Assembly: GCA_965224485.1 (NCBI GenBank)
Contig: CBDCZH010000012.1
Location: forward strand, 1 to 60,927
DNA length: 60,927 nucleotides
Origin: Arcobacteraceae bacterium
Lineage (GTDB): Bacteria > Campylobacterota > Campylobacteria > Campylobacterales > Arcobacteraceae
Direction: 5' to 3'
Shown: in pieces, positions 10,249 through 20,519 of the stretch
Position numbering within the stretch: the stretch's first letter is position 1
Layout of the letters: every line of letters begins with the position of its first letter
Notes under the pieces: generated by a model
What the model saw: only the letters and a program-made list of their open reading frames with translations
What the model was told of the DNA's origin: nothing
Database searches by the model: none
Translations under genes and position numbers: made by a program

Positions 10249-11220
10249 TTATCTTTTATTCACATCAAACCTTTCGTTATTTTTATATAAACTATGAGCT
10301 ATGACTATCATCTTTCTCATAACTGCTATTTGAGCTACTGTGGTATGTTTACCATTTCCTTTTAGTCTTTCATAAAACTCTTTTAGTTTTTCATTTTTTT
10401 GTACTGCTACCAATACAGGCATAAACAATGTTCCTCTACAAATCTTTGAGCCTGCTTTTGATATTCTTGTTTTACCTCGTACTGAAGTTCCTGAACTTTT
10501 TTCAATTGGATCAAGTCCTGCTAAAGAAACTATTTGTCTTTGGTTTGCATCTGGATATTGTAAAAAGTGATATATTAATATAATTGCTGATATTTGACCA
10601 ATACCTACAATTGTTTGAATATTTAAAAATGATTGATACAACTTTTTATCTTTTGAAAGATAAGTAAGTATCTTTTTAATTATTCGCTCTTCTTGTTTTT
10701 TTAAGAATTTATATTGTATTTCTAATTCTTTAAGTACATAAGAAGAATCACTTTTTGCTTTCAACGAAGATGCATGATTTTTATTTTGTGTTTGTTGCTT
10801 AATAATTAGTTTATAACAGGTTATAGCTTCTTTAATTGCTTCAACATTATCATTAATGATAGGAATCTTTATTTCTTCTTCTCTTGCAGTTATAATCATT
10901 TGTGAGAGCAATCTAGCATCTTCTATATCATTTTTGTTTCTATTTCCTATTACTTTTGCAAAGTTAGCACTTTTTTTAGGATTTACAATAAAACAATTAA
11001 TATTTTTACTTGCACAAAATTTTGTTAAAGTAAAGGAGTAAGTACCTGTTGGCTCATATACAAAAACTAATTTATCAAACTCTTTTTTATATAGTTTTTT
11101 TAACTTTGAGTATAAGCTTTTAATTGATTTTAAATCATTAGTAATTACTAAATCTAATTCATTAATAGGCACATAGATATTAATTGTTGACTTACTTACA
11201 TCTAATCCGATAGAATACAT
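10249..11220 (-). CDS. IS110-family DEDD recombinase/transposase
   Basis: IGLDVSK, YEPTG, KNDIEDA (DEDD RuvC-like); C-terminal AGLDP..SSG and AVMRKM. Confidence 0.95.
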   Translation of the reverse strand: MYSIGLDVSKSTINIYVPINELDLVITNDLKSIKSLYSKLKKLYKKEFDKLVFVYEPTGTYSFTLTKFCASKNINCFIVNPKKSANFAKVIGNRNKNDIEDARLLSQMIITAREEEIKIPIINDNVEAIKEAITCYKLIIKQQTQNKNHASSLKAKSDSSYVLKELEIQYKFLKKQEERIIKKILTYLSKDKKLYQSFLNIQTIVGIGQISAIILIYHFLQYPDANQRQIVSLAGLDPIEKSSGTSVRGKTRISKAGSKICRGTLFMPVLVAVQKNEKLKEFYERLKGNGKHTTVAQIAVMRKMIVIAHSLYKNNERFDVNKR

Positions 11221-11470
11221 ACTTGAACCTTTGTATTAATATAAAGAGTTCGTTAGAGTAGGAGTTTCTCCTACTCGATAATGTGTTACACCAAATTTAG
11301 ACTTATAAAATTCGAACTAGATATTATCCGTTCTTGTTGCCACTCAAATTTAAAGTATAACTATTTAACTCACTATCAAGCTAGTTATTTTTATAACCGC
11401 TTTAGTTATAGTTCAATATATTATCTTTTTAAACTCTATGCAAATATACTATCATATTCACATAATTTCA
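11221..11470 (-). ncRNA. Candidate IS110 bridge RNA in the long non-coding end upstream of the recombinase
   Basis: About 250 nt non-coding, hairpins GAGTAGGAG-aaa-CTCCTACTC and TATAAC..GTTATA; position matches IS110-group bridge RNAs; boundaries not determinable. Confidence 0.6.
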
Positions 11471-11564
11471 TTATATAAGTTATATTTTTAAGTAAATCAA
11501 TAAAAAATAGTTATGAAGCCTTTAGGCCGATGAAGCCGTAGACACTTTCTTGTTTCTTCTTTTT

Positions 11565-11921
11565 GGTAAAAGAAGAAAGGAGCGGGAACTGGAAGTTTAC
11601 AAGAGCAAATACCAGTTATTTCAAAGTACTTTAAAGGATAAACTAATAAATAGATATAACGTTTGACTTTGTACTTGACCAACAAGATTAAATACTAAAC
11701 TATTTAAATATAAAAGCAAATAAAAATCCCCTTATTTTTATATTACTACCTAAAATTCAAAACTGTGACACAAACTGTGACACAAATTAGATAATATAAA
11801 TAATGTTTATATTTAATAATATTTTAAAATTATAGAAAGATTTTAGATTTAAAGTAAAGGAATAGAATCATGAATGAAATTATTTGCCCACATTGCCAAA
11901 AAGCTTTTAAAATAGATGAAT
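11565..11921 (+). repeat. 357-bp direct repeat, copy 1 (repeat tail + AACTGTGACAC promoter + first 17 codons of the DUF2130 gene)
   Basis: Near-identical to 20520-20876 at offset 8955. Confidence 0.95.
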
Positions 11922-11974
11922 TACTAAATAATTTGATATTGTGTCCCCGGAATGTGCCTGGAATGTTAGTATAA
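11870..11974 (+). pseudogene. 5' fragment of the DUF2130 gene ([17 protein letters not shown]) running into unrelated sequence
   Basis: Identical to 20825-20876, then diverges. Confidence 0.85.
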
Positions 11975-12037
11975 CATTATTAGTTATATTGAAGTTATTT
12001 TTATAAAAATTGTTTATATATCAAAAGAAGGAATAAA

Positions 12038-13621
12038 ATGTTTGGAAGTTTAAAAAGTAAGGCAGAAGAGTTAGCGAAAAAAGCAAAAGATACAGTTGCA
12101 GAAAATGTTTCAAAAGCTAATGATATCTCTTCAGAAAAGATTAAGGATCACATTCCTGATGAAATTTTAAATAAAGTAGCTGAACTAAATGATAGTGCAA
12201 AGAAAATAGTTGATGATAATATTGAAAACTTTTCAGATAAATATATTGATTCTGGACTAGAGAATATTGAAAGCTACTGTTCATGGTGTTTTGAAAAACA
12301 TTCATCAACTATAAAAGAAAAAAACTCTTTAACTAGAAATATCTATGTATGTGATGGATGTGGAAAAGAGACTGTTAAATGTAGAGCTTGTGAAAATAAA
12401 GCGAAATATTCAGATATTGCTGAGGTAGATGTAAGTACTTGGTCAAGTAATTTTTGTGCAGTGCATGAAGGTACAATTGCTAAATTTGAAACACTTAATT
12501 GGTCATTAGATAGTATTGGAGAATATAGGGATATTGTTGAAAGAGATGAAAAGAATTATAAGAAGATAGGTACAACAGCAGCATATACTATTGGAGGAGC
12601 TGCTATAATTGGACCATTGGCACTTGCTGCTGCTCCAGCAATAGGAGGAGCTATTGGAACTTCCATATTGGGTTATAGTGGCGCTGCTGCTACAAGTTCT
12701 GGGTTGGCAACATTAGGTGGTGGAGCTTTAGCTGCAGGTGGAGCGGGTATGGCTGGAGGTATTGCAGTTGTAACTGCTGCTGGTACTGCATTAGGTGGTA
12801 AATATGGTGCCGTTATATCAAATAGTTATTTTGGTGATATTGATGGATTTGAGATACTTAAAATTAAATCAGGAAATGAACCAGCTGTTATATGTATAGA
12901 TGGGTTTTTAACTGAAGGTGACAAAAAAGCTGAAGGGATATGGATTGAATCATTAAAAAAACATTATCCTAATAATACAATTTATCATATTAAATGGGAA
13001 TCAAAACGACTTATGGATTTATCAAATACTTTTAGTACGTCAGTAGGTAAAGAAGGTGCTAAAAAAGCTATATTTTCAGCTGCACTATCTGCTTCAAAAG
13101 CTGCGGCTACAAAATTAGCACCTATTGGTGTTGCTATACAAGCACTAGGCCTAGCAACAAATCCATGGTCTGTTGCAAGTATAAAAGCATATCAAACTGG
13201 AGCTTTATTAGCAGATATAATTGCTAGAACAAATAAAGAATATATATTAGTAGGTCATTCTTTAGGTGCTAGAGTTATTTATTCATGTTTAGCTTCTTTA
13301 AAAACAAAAGACGAATGTTATATTAAAGATGTTCATCTTTTAGGTGGAGCCGTAGATACTAATTGTACAACTTCTAATGATAGAGTAAATTGGAGTGATC
13401 TTCATAATGCTGTTACAGGTAAAATTAATAACTATTTTTCTAAAAATGATGTTGTTTTAAAAACATTATACAAAGTAGGAGAAGGTATTAAATTTGAGCT
13501 TGGAGATCCTATTGGTAGATATATTATAGAAAATGAAGCAATTAATAATATTGATGTTTCTGAATATATAAATGGACATACTGAATATAAAGATAATTTG
13601 CAGAAAATATTAGTAGTATAG
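12038..13621 (+). CDS. DUF726 / TMCO4-like alpha/beta-hydrolase with Cys-rich segment and Gly/Ala-rich hydrophobic region
   Basis: LVGHSLGARVIY nucleophile elbow, VHLLGGA, SKNDVVL, GHTEY; CSWC, CDGC, CRAC, CAVH. Confidence 0.75.
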   Translation: MFGSLKSKAEELAKKAKDTVAENVSKANDISSEKIKDHIPDEILNKVAELNDSAKKIVDDNIENFSDKYIDSGLENIESYCSWCFEKHSSTIKEKNSLTRNIYVCDGCGKETVKCRACENKAKYSDIAEVDVSTWSSNFCAVHEGTIAKFETLNWSLDSIGEYRDIVERDEKNYKKIGTTAAYTIGGAAIIGPLALAAAPAIGGAIGTSILGYSGAAATSSGLATLGGGALAAGGAGMAGGIAVVTAAGTALGGKYGAVISNSYFGDIDGFEILKIKSGNEPAVICIDGFLTEGDKKAEGIWIESLKKHYPNNTIYHIKWESKRLMDLSNTFSTSVGKEGAKKAIFSAALSASKAAATKLAPIGVAIQALGLATNPWSVASIKAYQTGALLADIIARTNKEYILVGHSLGARVIYSCLASLKTKDECYIKDVHLLGGAVDTNCTTSNDRVNWSDLHNAVTGKINNYFSKNDVVLKTLYKVGEGIKFELGDPIGRYIIENEAINNIDVSEYINGHTEYKDNLQKILVV

Positions 13622-13640
13622 AAAAGACAAAGGAAAAAGA

Positions 13641-13706
13641 ATGATATCCCCTCAACCTTTTAAATACAAATGTCTGCAATGTGGATTCTCAAAAGTTGGT
13701 AAATGA
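13641..13706 (+). pseudogene. Short CxxC ORF (MISPQPFKYKCLQCGFSKVGK*), probably truncated
   Basis: AAGGA ribosome-binding site; ends at a GAGGACAGGCACC motif. Confidence 0.4.
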
Positions 13707-13749
13707 GGACAGGCACCTTTAATTTAAATGAGAATTATAAATGGAAATA

Positions 13750-13950
13750 CAGCTTCCCTCTCTAACATTTTTAACGCGCGAAGTTTTCCCCTGCTTCCCT
13801 GCTCTTAAAAACTCACTAAAATGTGCTCTCAGCACATTTTTTTACGTTCAAACAGTTTAGGGTGGTTTCCGATGCCGGAGGTACGACTAAATTCTGCTTG
13901 CAGATAAAAGGAAAAATACCGTTCGGCTTCCTCAAAGGCAGGAGAAGAGG
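13750..13950. repeat. Palindromic repeat family, copy B (partial)
   Basis: Highly similar to 9832-10012. Confidence 0.85.
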
Positions 13951-14183
13951 ATTTATAATGTCGTTTTTTTGATAAATAGTTAGATCTAATATAAATCAAA
14001 TAGATGCTTATTATAATTTATTAAGTATAAATGCAACAACTTAAAATTGTTTTGTTGATTAAATATTAATATTTAAAGTATATGGATTGATTGTGACTAA
14101 TTATAAAGTATAGAGAATATTAAATAAAAAATAATTAATTTTTCTGTATAATTTAATTAAGAAATCTTAAATAAAGGATCTTT

Positions 14184-14774
14184 TTGGATATAGATAGTTT
14201 TACAACATGGTGCGAATTACCAACGAAAATTGGTATATTTCGTATGTATGATATGAAGGATGAAGAATTCCGTCTTATTAGTTTTGGTGATATTGACAAT
14301 TTATGTGAAGTACCTTTAATTAGAATTCATTCTTCTTGCATGGCATCGGAAGTTTTTAAGGCGTTAGATTGTGATTGTTCTGATCAATTAGAATCTTCAA
14401 TGAGATTAATAGCAAAAGAAAAAGAAGGAATTATTTTTCATCTTCACCAAGAAGGTAGAGGCCATGGATTATCTTCTAAGATAAAAGCAGTACAATTAAT
14501 GCAGAATAAAAATATTGATACAGTAGAAGCCTTTAATGAATTAGATTTTGAGCATGATATACGAACTTATAAAAAAGTTATTGATTTATTATCATCACTT
14601 GGTATTAAAAAAGTTAGAGTTATAACTAATAATCCAAGGAAAATCAAATATCTTGAATTAAATGGAATTACAGTAATAGAAAAAGTTTCTTTAATTCCTG
14701 AAATTAGAGATGAAAATAGAGATTATTTATACTCAAAGAATGAAAAACTTTCTCATTCTTTAGTTCTATCTTAA
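14184..14774 (+). CDS. ribA: GTP cyclohydrolase II (RibA-like)
   Basis: RIHSSC..DCDC Zn ligands, QEGRGHGL, TNNPRK; accessory context, probably not the housekeeping copy. Confidence 0.9.
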   Translation: MDIDSFTTWCELPTKIGIFRMYDMKDEEFRLISFGDIDNLCEVPLIRIHSSCMASEVFKALDCDCSDQLESSMRLIAKEKEGIIFHLHQEGRGHGLSSKIKAVQLMQNKNIDTVEAFNELDFEHDIRTYKKVIDLLSSLGIKKVRVITNNPRKIKYLELNGITVIEKVSLIPEIRDENRDYLYSKNEKLSHSLVLS

Positions 14775-14787
14775 TGGTTTTAAGAAT

Positions 14788-15990
14788 ATGACTTCATTAT
14801 TACTTGGGAATAATAAAGATAGTTGTTTATTTAAAAACTTATTTCCTTTTTTTAATTTTATTAATGAATCTGATTCTTTAGAATTTAACAAAACTAAAAT
14901 ATCTGACTATTGTGTAATTACAAATCCAATTATTATAGAAGAAGGTTTTAATTATATAAAATATATTAGCGATAGTATTGAAAAAACAAATGCAAAAATT
15001 TATTTAATATATATGACTATTCCTATTAATACAATAACTCATTTTCAAGACAAGAATATAGTGCATCTTTCTCTTATTAATAACAATAAACAGACTTATT
15101 CGGATGATCTTATTTTTGTTTATGGTGGAAATGAAAATATATGTAATGAAATAAATGTATTTTTTCAAAAAGAATTAAAAAAAGATATAAATTTTATTAT
15201 AACTGATTCAAAAACAAGTGAATTATCATCTTATATAAAGGCTCTACAAGAATCTTCTAATATTAGTATTCAAAATGATTTTTACAATATTGCAGAAGAA
15301 TATGATATGGATTTTAATGTTTTAGATCATTTATTAAATAAAACTCAAATTAATATATCTACTTTAGAAAATATTACAGATTTAACAAGAGGTTATTCAA
15401 ATAAAAATATTAAAGCTAATTTAGATTATTTAGTCTGTTTGATGAATGAAAATAATATTCATACTTTTAATATTGATGGAAATGTTAGAAGTAATATTTT
15501 CAATAAAAGAAGAAGTACTAAATATTTTGTAGAAAAGAATACAGAAGAAAAGATATTCTTTTACAATGTTGATGAAGAGTTTGGATTCTTATCAAATTTC
15601 TCAGATCATCCTATCTTTTGTAAAAATAAAATCTGGAAAACAACAGAACATTATTTTCAGGCGCAAAAATTTATAAATACTGAGTTAGAAGAAAAAATAA
15701 GATTATCATATACACCAAGTAAAGCAAAAGATATTGCAAAGTTAAATAAATCAAAAAGGTTAAAGAACTGGGATGATATTAAAGATTCAGTAATGTATGA
15801 AGCTTTATATGCAAAATTTACGCAGCACCCAGATTTAAGGCTGATTCTTCTTAATACAAAAGAAAAAGAACTATGTGAGCATTGTTCAAATGATTTTTAT
15901 TGGGCTGATGGAGGAAATGGTTCTGGTAAAAACATATTAGGTAAACTATTAATGAAAGTAAGAAATAAAATAAAGATGGTGAATAATTAA
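14788..15990 (+). CDS. NADAR (YbiA/COG3236) domain protein with a divergent N-terminal extension
   Basis: C-terminal FLSNF..TTEHYFQAQKF..AKFTQH..YWADGGNGSGKNILGKLLMKVR. Confidence 0.85.
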   Translation: MTSLLLGNNKDSCLFKNLFPFFNFINESDSLEFNKTKISDYCVITNPIIIEEGFNYIKYISDSIEKTNAKIYLIYMTIPINTITHFQDKNIVHLSLINNNKQTYSDDLIFVYGGNENICNEINVFFQKELKKDINFIITDSKTSELSSYIKALQESSNISIQNDFYNIAEEYDMDFNVLDHLLNKTQINISTLENITDLTRGYSNKNIKANLDYLVCLMNENNIHTFNIDGNVRSNIFNKRRSTKYFVEKNTEEKIFFYNVDEEFGFLSNFSDHPIFCKNKIWKTTEHYFQAQKFINTELEEKIRLSYTPSKAKDIAKLNKSKRLKNWDDIKDSVMYEALYAKFTQHPDLRLILLNTKEKELCEHCSNDFYWADGGNGSGKNILGKLLMKVRNKIKMVNN

Positions 15991-15992
15991 TT

Positions 15993-17456
15993 ATGTGTGG
16001 AATATTATTAGCATATGGTGAAAAATCATTTGAATTTGTTGAAAAAAATATCAGTAAACTAAATCATAGAGGTCCTGATAATGTTAAAATTTTAAAAATA
16101 GAAAAACTTAGTATTGCATTTACTAGATTATCTATTAATGATAAAACTACTGAGGGTAATCAACCATTTAAATCTAATGGTTATATTTCTGTTGTAAATG
16201 GTGAAGTATATAATTATAAAGAATTAAAATCTAAATATAAGTTCTTATATTCTGCTTCTTCTGATATTAATATAATTAATCCACTTTTTGAGAAAATAAA
16301 TAAAAATATAATAAATGAATTAGACGGCTTTTATTCAGGATTAATATATGAAGAAAATACAAATAAATTATTTTCAATAAGAGACTATATTGGTAAAAAA
16401 CCACTTTTTTTAGTTAAAAGTGGAAATCTAAATATAATAACAAGTGAGTTAAAAGTAATTTCTAAGATTGATAATTTTATTGAAATTCCAAAAGGTTTCT
16501 GTGAAATAGATATTGAAAATTTTACTTTAGAATTATTACTTAATCATAAATTTAAGAAGAATTATTTAAATAATTCTCTTTATAGTATTATAAATAAAGC
16601 TGTAGAGAAAAGACTACCTCAAATGAATGATAAGTTTGGTGTATTTATAAGCGGAGGACTAGATAGCTCTATTATTGCATCTATTGTAAACAAATATAGA
16701 GATGAAGTGCTTTATTATGTATTAGGGTCTCGTAATGAATCAAATGATTATTCTTATGCAGTTAACTTAATTAAATATCTAGGATTAAAGAATATAAAGT
16801 TTATTGAATTACCATCAAAAAATGAAATAAAGGTTTTAGTTTCTAAAATAGTATATGCTGCAGAGAGTTATAACCCTTCAATAATCAGTAATGGTTTATG
16901 TACTTACTTATTATCAAAAGCAGCAAAAGAAGATGGAATTAAAGTAGTTATATCAGGTGAGGGTGCAGATGAACTGTTTTGCGGTTATCACTATTTAAAA
17001 AAAGAAGAAGATTGGAAAAAAATACGGAGTAAATTAATTGAAGATATGCAATTTACTGAATTACGTAGATTAGATTTATTAAGTATGGATAATTCAATTG
17101 AAATACGATGTCCATTTTTAGATAAAGAAGTTTTTTCATATTCTGAAAATTTAAATTACTCAGATTTTTTTGTAAATAAAGATAATACTTTATTTAATAA
17201 ATACATATTAAGAAAAACTTTTGAAGATGATTTACCTACTGAAATTATCTATAGAAAAAAGATTTCATTTGATGTTGGAAGTGGAATTAGAAAAATGATT
17301 GTAAATATTTTAAGAGAAAATGGAAAAACTGAGAAAGAAGAGTTAAAGTCTATTTGGAAAAGACACTTTTCAAAAGATTATACAAATACTTATTTTCATT
17401 CTTATCCTACTTTTGATGAGGTAATTGAAAAAAGAAATGAAGTTCATAAAATATGA
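15993..17456 (+). CDS. Asparagine-synthetase-family amidotransferase (AsnB-like)
   Basis: N-terminal MCGI, HRGPD, NGEVYN, SGGLDSS, SGEGADELFCGY, RCPFLD. Confidence 0.9.
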   Translation: MCGILLAYGEKSFEFVEKNISKLNHRGPDNVKILKIEKLSIAFTRLSINDKTTEGNQPFKSNGYISVVNGEVYNYKELKSKYKFLYSASSDINIINPLFEKINKNIINELDGFYSGLIYEENTNKLFSIRDYIGKKPLFLVKSGNLNIITSELKVISKIDNFIEIPKGFCEIDIENFTLELLLNHKFKKNYLNNSLYSIINKAVEKRLPQMNDKFGVFISGGLDSSIIASIVNKYRDEVLYYVLGSRNESNDYSYAVNLIKYLGLKNIKFIELPSKNEIKVLVSKIVYAAESYNPSIISNGLCTYLLSKAAKEDGIKVVISGEGADELFCGYHYLKKEEDWKKIRSKLIEDMQFTELRRLDLLSMDNSIEIRCPFLDKEVFSYSENLNYSDFFVNKDNTLFNKYILRKTFEDDLPTEIIYRKKISFDVGSGIRKMIVNILRENGKTEKEELKSIWKRHFSKDYTNTYFHSYPTFDEVIEKRNEVHKI

Positions 17457-18142
17457 ATAAAGAATATGTAGAAAAAATTATATTAAATAGTTTCAAACAA
17501 GAACCATTTCATAATCTTTATTTTAAATATAATATCTTTCCTGCTTCATTTAAATTTGGAGGAACATGTTCAGATAAGGTTTTAAGTGTTTATACTATTC
17601 TCAAAGAGAATAATATAGAAGTTACATTACATTCATCATTTATTAATAATATTGAAAGTCATCGTTTATTAAAAGTTTATATAGAGGGTAAGTATTATTT
17701 TGCTGATGTTGGTAATGCATGGCCTTCAGTACAAATGTTTCCGGTTGATAAAAACTATGAATACACTTCATATGGAATTACATTTAGATCTTTAGTCTTT
17801 TATAATTATATGGAAATATATCAATATAAAAATGATAAAGAAACACTTTCTTTACAAATTCCATTTAAATGTAAATCAGAAATAGAGATAAGAAAAGACA
17901 TGAAAAATAGGTTTTCTAAGAATATTGATTATCCTTTTAGAAATAAGATTCGTTTTGCTCAATTATTTGATGATAAATTTTATTTTTTAAGAGATGATAT
18001 TTTACATATTTATACAAATAATGAAAAATATTCAAAAACAATAAATAATTTAAATGAAGATAATTTAAGTTTTACATTAAAGAAATTCTTTAATTTTGAT
18101 TTAGAGATGTTTAAAAAGTTAGGATTAAATAGTGAAAAATAG
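17453..18142 (+). CDS. Arylamine N-acetyltransferase-like protein
   Basis: PFHNL, GGTC, H, ADVG: Cys-His-Asp triad layout of the NAT family. Confidence 0.75.
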   Translation: MNKEYVEKIILNSFKQEPFHNLYFKYNIFPASFKFGGTCSDKVLSVYTILKENNIEVTLHSSFINNIESHRLLKVYIEGKYYFADVGNAWPSVQMFPVDKNYEYTSYGITFRSLVFYNYMEIYQYKNDKETLSLQIPFKCKSEIEIRKDMKNRFSKNIDYPFRNKIRFAQLFDDKFYFLRDDILHIYTNNEKYSKTINNLNEDNLSFTLKKFFNFDLEMFKKLGLNSEK

Positions 18143-20408
18143 TTATACAAAAAAAATAATTGCAATAATTGCAACATACGATAGAGAAGACTTACTTCTG
18201 AATAGATCTATACTTTCTATTAGTAGACAAGAATTATGTCCAGACTGTATAGTTATAGTAAATGATACTGAAAAAAAAATCAGTAAAGAATGTGTAGAAG
18301 ATTTAAAAGAATTAGTAGAAAACAAAATAGAATTAGTTTTTTTAGATAATATAAGAACAAAAGGTGCTTCTGGAGCTTGGAATACTGGAATTATCTATAC
18401 TGGTAAAAATTATGATATAAATAATTCTTTTATTGCAATTCTTGATGATGATGACGAATGGGAAAGTAATCATATACAAGTTTGTTCAAAATATATGAAT
18501 TCTGCTGATATGATAATTAGTGGAATAAAAAAAATCAAAGAAGAACAGATTATTCTATCTGATATTCCTACTGTTTTAAATCAGTCAGACTTTTTAGTAG
18601 GTAATCCAGGTATTCAAGGTTCAAATATATTTATTAGCTTAAAGACGATGTACGAAGTTGGAATGTTTGATGAGAATTTATTATCTTCTACTGACAGAGA
18701 TTTATGTATACGGTTATGCGAAATAAATACAACTGTAATATCTACTAATACATATTCTGTAAAACACTATGAGGATAGGGATAGAATACGTTTATCAACT
18801 CCTGGTATGAAAAAATCAAAAGGATTATTGTCCTTTTGGAATAAATATAATGGAAGAATGACAGGACAAGAACAAATTAAATTTCTAGAAAGAGCAAAAG
18901 AATTGTTTAATTTTGTTTTAAATGAAGAAATAATTCCTAAAAAAGAAATTAAATTAGATATAAATGATTGTACTCCCTTTCCATTAGTTATTGGAATCAT
19001 TAGTGGTTCATACAAACAAATAAAACCATTATTATTAGATTTAAAAAGAATTTCAAACATTAAATGTATTAAAAGTATAGAAGTTATTGTTATGCATAAT
19101 GGAGGAGATGAAAAAAAACTAAAAAATTTGATTATCTCAATGCAAGATAATAATTTATCTTGTTTATTTATTGATGAAGAACAAAGAACTATTGACTTTG
19201 AAAATGAGAATCTTAATAATACAAATGCTATTAATGATGGGAAACTACCAATTGGAAAAGCTAGGTCAATCCTTCAGAAATATATAGGTACTTATGTTGA
19301 AGATATTGAAGATTGTATTGTATGGTTACTTGATGATGATATGCGTTTAGAAGCAAAAGTAGAACAATATTTAACATGGTTGCCAAAATTTAGAAAAGAA
19401 GGGGTAGATGTTCTAATTGGAAGTTATGAAGGCGGTTCTCCTAATCCATCTACAAATGCAGTGAGAGTTCAGTTACATGATTTACTTCATAACTTAAAGT
19501 TCTTAAATAATATGAAAGATAATGATATCTTTCCTGATAAAGAAGATGAAAATAATATACTAAGATTAAAATATCCAGATTATTACTATGATTTATCTCG
19601 AAAACATTTTGGACATCTAGAAAGTCCATTTTGGGTAAATAAAATAAAAGATAATGAAACAGTAGGAGAAGTAAGGAAAAGAATTTTAAATAATGTAAAT
19701 AAAATTCTTACAGGAGAACCTTTCTTTAGACCATTAAAGGTTTCTTTACCAATAAATCCTATTCTAGACGCAAAAGATTCAGCTAATAGAGGTGGAACAA
19801 CTTTTATTTTAAATACAAAAGTATTAAAAAGAACACCAAATACAATAATAGAAATCAAAGGTAAAGAAAGTAGACGTTCAGACATGATTTGGGCAATTAT
19901 TAATAAATATTATTATAGTTATAAAATTAAATTTGTGAATTTTTCAATTTATCATGATAGAAATAATTCTTTAATCCCTGAAATAGATTTTGAAAAAACA
20001 ATGGGTGAAATACGTGGTTCTGCTATTTATGCAGGCCTTTCTGAAATATTATCAAAAAAAGATAAAATTAATTTTCATTTTAATGATAAAGAAGTTAGCG
20101 AAATGATAGATAAAGTATCTCAATATTTAGAAAGTAGGCTAGAATTATATAAACAAAATTTCTATAGAATTAGAGGATTATCAAAATCATTAGAAGAATT
20201 TAATCAAAATAATGAATTATCAGTTTTTTTAACTTATATTAATAATTGGTTTACTCAAGATAATCTAGATAAATTTAATTTAATAGCTAGGGAAATGAAT
20301 TTTAATGAATTGGAATTATTTTTTAAATCATTAAGGCAGCAGATAGATGATTATTCAAAAATAGAAGTAAACGTTGCTTTTCTATTTGATCAAAGGTTAA
20401 ATGATTAA
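18132..20408 (+). CDS. Large glycosyltransferase: N-terminal GT2 plus a second GT-A-like domain
   Basis: IATYDR, IVND, GASGAWNTG, ILDDDDEW, FDENL..TDRDL; second DxD in WLLDDDMR. Confidence 0.8.
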   Translation: MKNSYTKKIIAIIATYDREDLLLNRSILSISRQELCPDCIVIVNDTEKKISKECVEDLKELVENKIELVFLDNIRTKGASGAWNTGIIYTGKNYDINNSFIAILDDDDEWESNHIQVCSKYMNSADMIISGIKKIKEEQIILSDIPTVLNQSDFLVGNPGIQGSNIFISLKTMYEVGMFDENLLSSTDRDLCIRLCEINTTVISTNTYSVKHYEDRDRIRLSTPGMKKSKGLLSFWNKYNGRMTGQEQIKFLERAKELFNFVLNEEIIPKKEIKLDINDCTPFPLVIGIISGSYKQIKPLLLDLKRISNIKCIKSIEVIVMHNGGDEKKLKNLIISMQDNNLSCLFIDEEQRTIDFENENLNNTNAINDGKLPIGKARSILQKYIGTYVEDIEDCIVWLLDDDMRLEAKVEQYLTWLPKFRKEGVDVLIGSYEGGSPNPSTNAVRVQLHDLLHNLKFLNNMKDNDIFPDKEDENNILRLKYPDYYYDLSRKHFGHLESPFWVNKIKDNETVGEVRKRILNNVNKILTGEPFFRPLKVSLPINPILDAKDSANRGGTTFILNTKVLKRTPNTIIEIKGKESRRSDMIWAIINKYYYSYKIKFVNFSIYHDRNNSLIPEIDFEKTMGEIRGSAIYAGLSEILSKKDKINFHFNDKEVSEMIDKVSQYLESRLELYKQNFYRIRGLSKSLEEFNQNNELSVFLTYINNWFTQDNLDKFNLIAREMNFNELELFFKSLRQQIDDYSKIEVNVAFLFDQRLND

Positions 20409-20519
20409 AGTGGAGTAGATATAATAAAGAAATTATTTTTCTATAGACTTAATTTTGTGATTAATAGAAATATAAGGAAACTTGTATTCAATTTATTTAC
20501 ATCTCCCTAAATCCTGAAA

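Larger units (their letters stand above)
10214..11478 (-). mobile_element. IS110-family insertion sequence, about 1.26 kb
   Basis: Single transposase, no terminal inverted repeats seen, ATATAA at both ends (10214-10219, 11473-11478); flanks resemble the uninterrupted repeat at 34080-34205. Confidence 0.85.

Noticed and set aside
11281..11478. 65-aa ORF in the IS110 end
   Set aside because: No recognisable features; region better explained as the non-coding bridge-RNA end
14184..14774. Riboflavin operon or FMN riboswitch
   Set aside because: No other rib genes and no RFN-like leader seen
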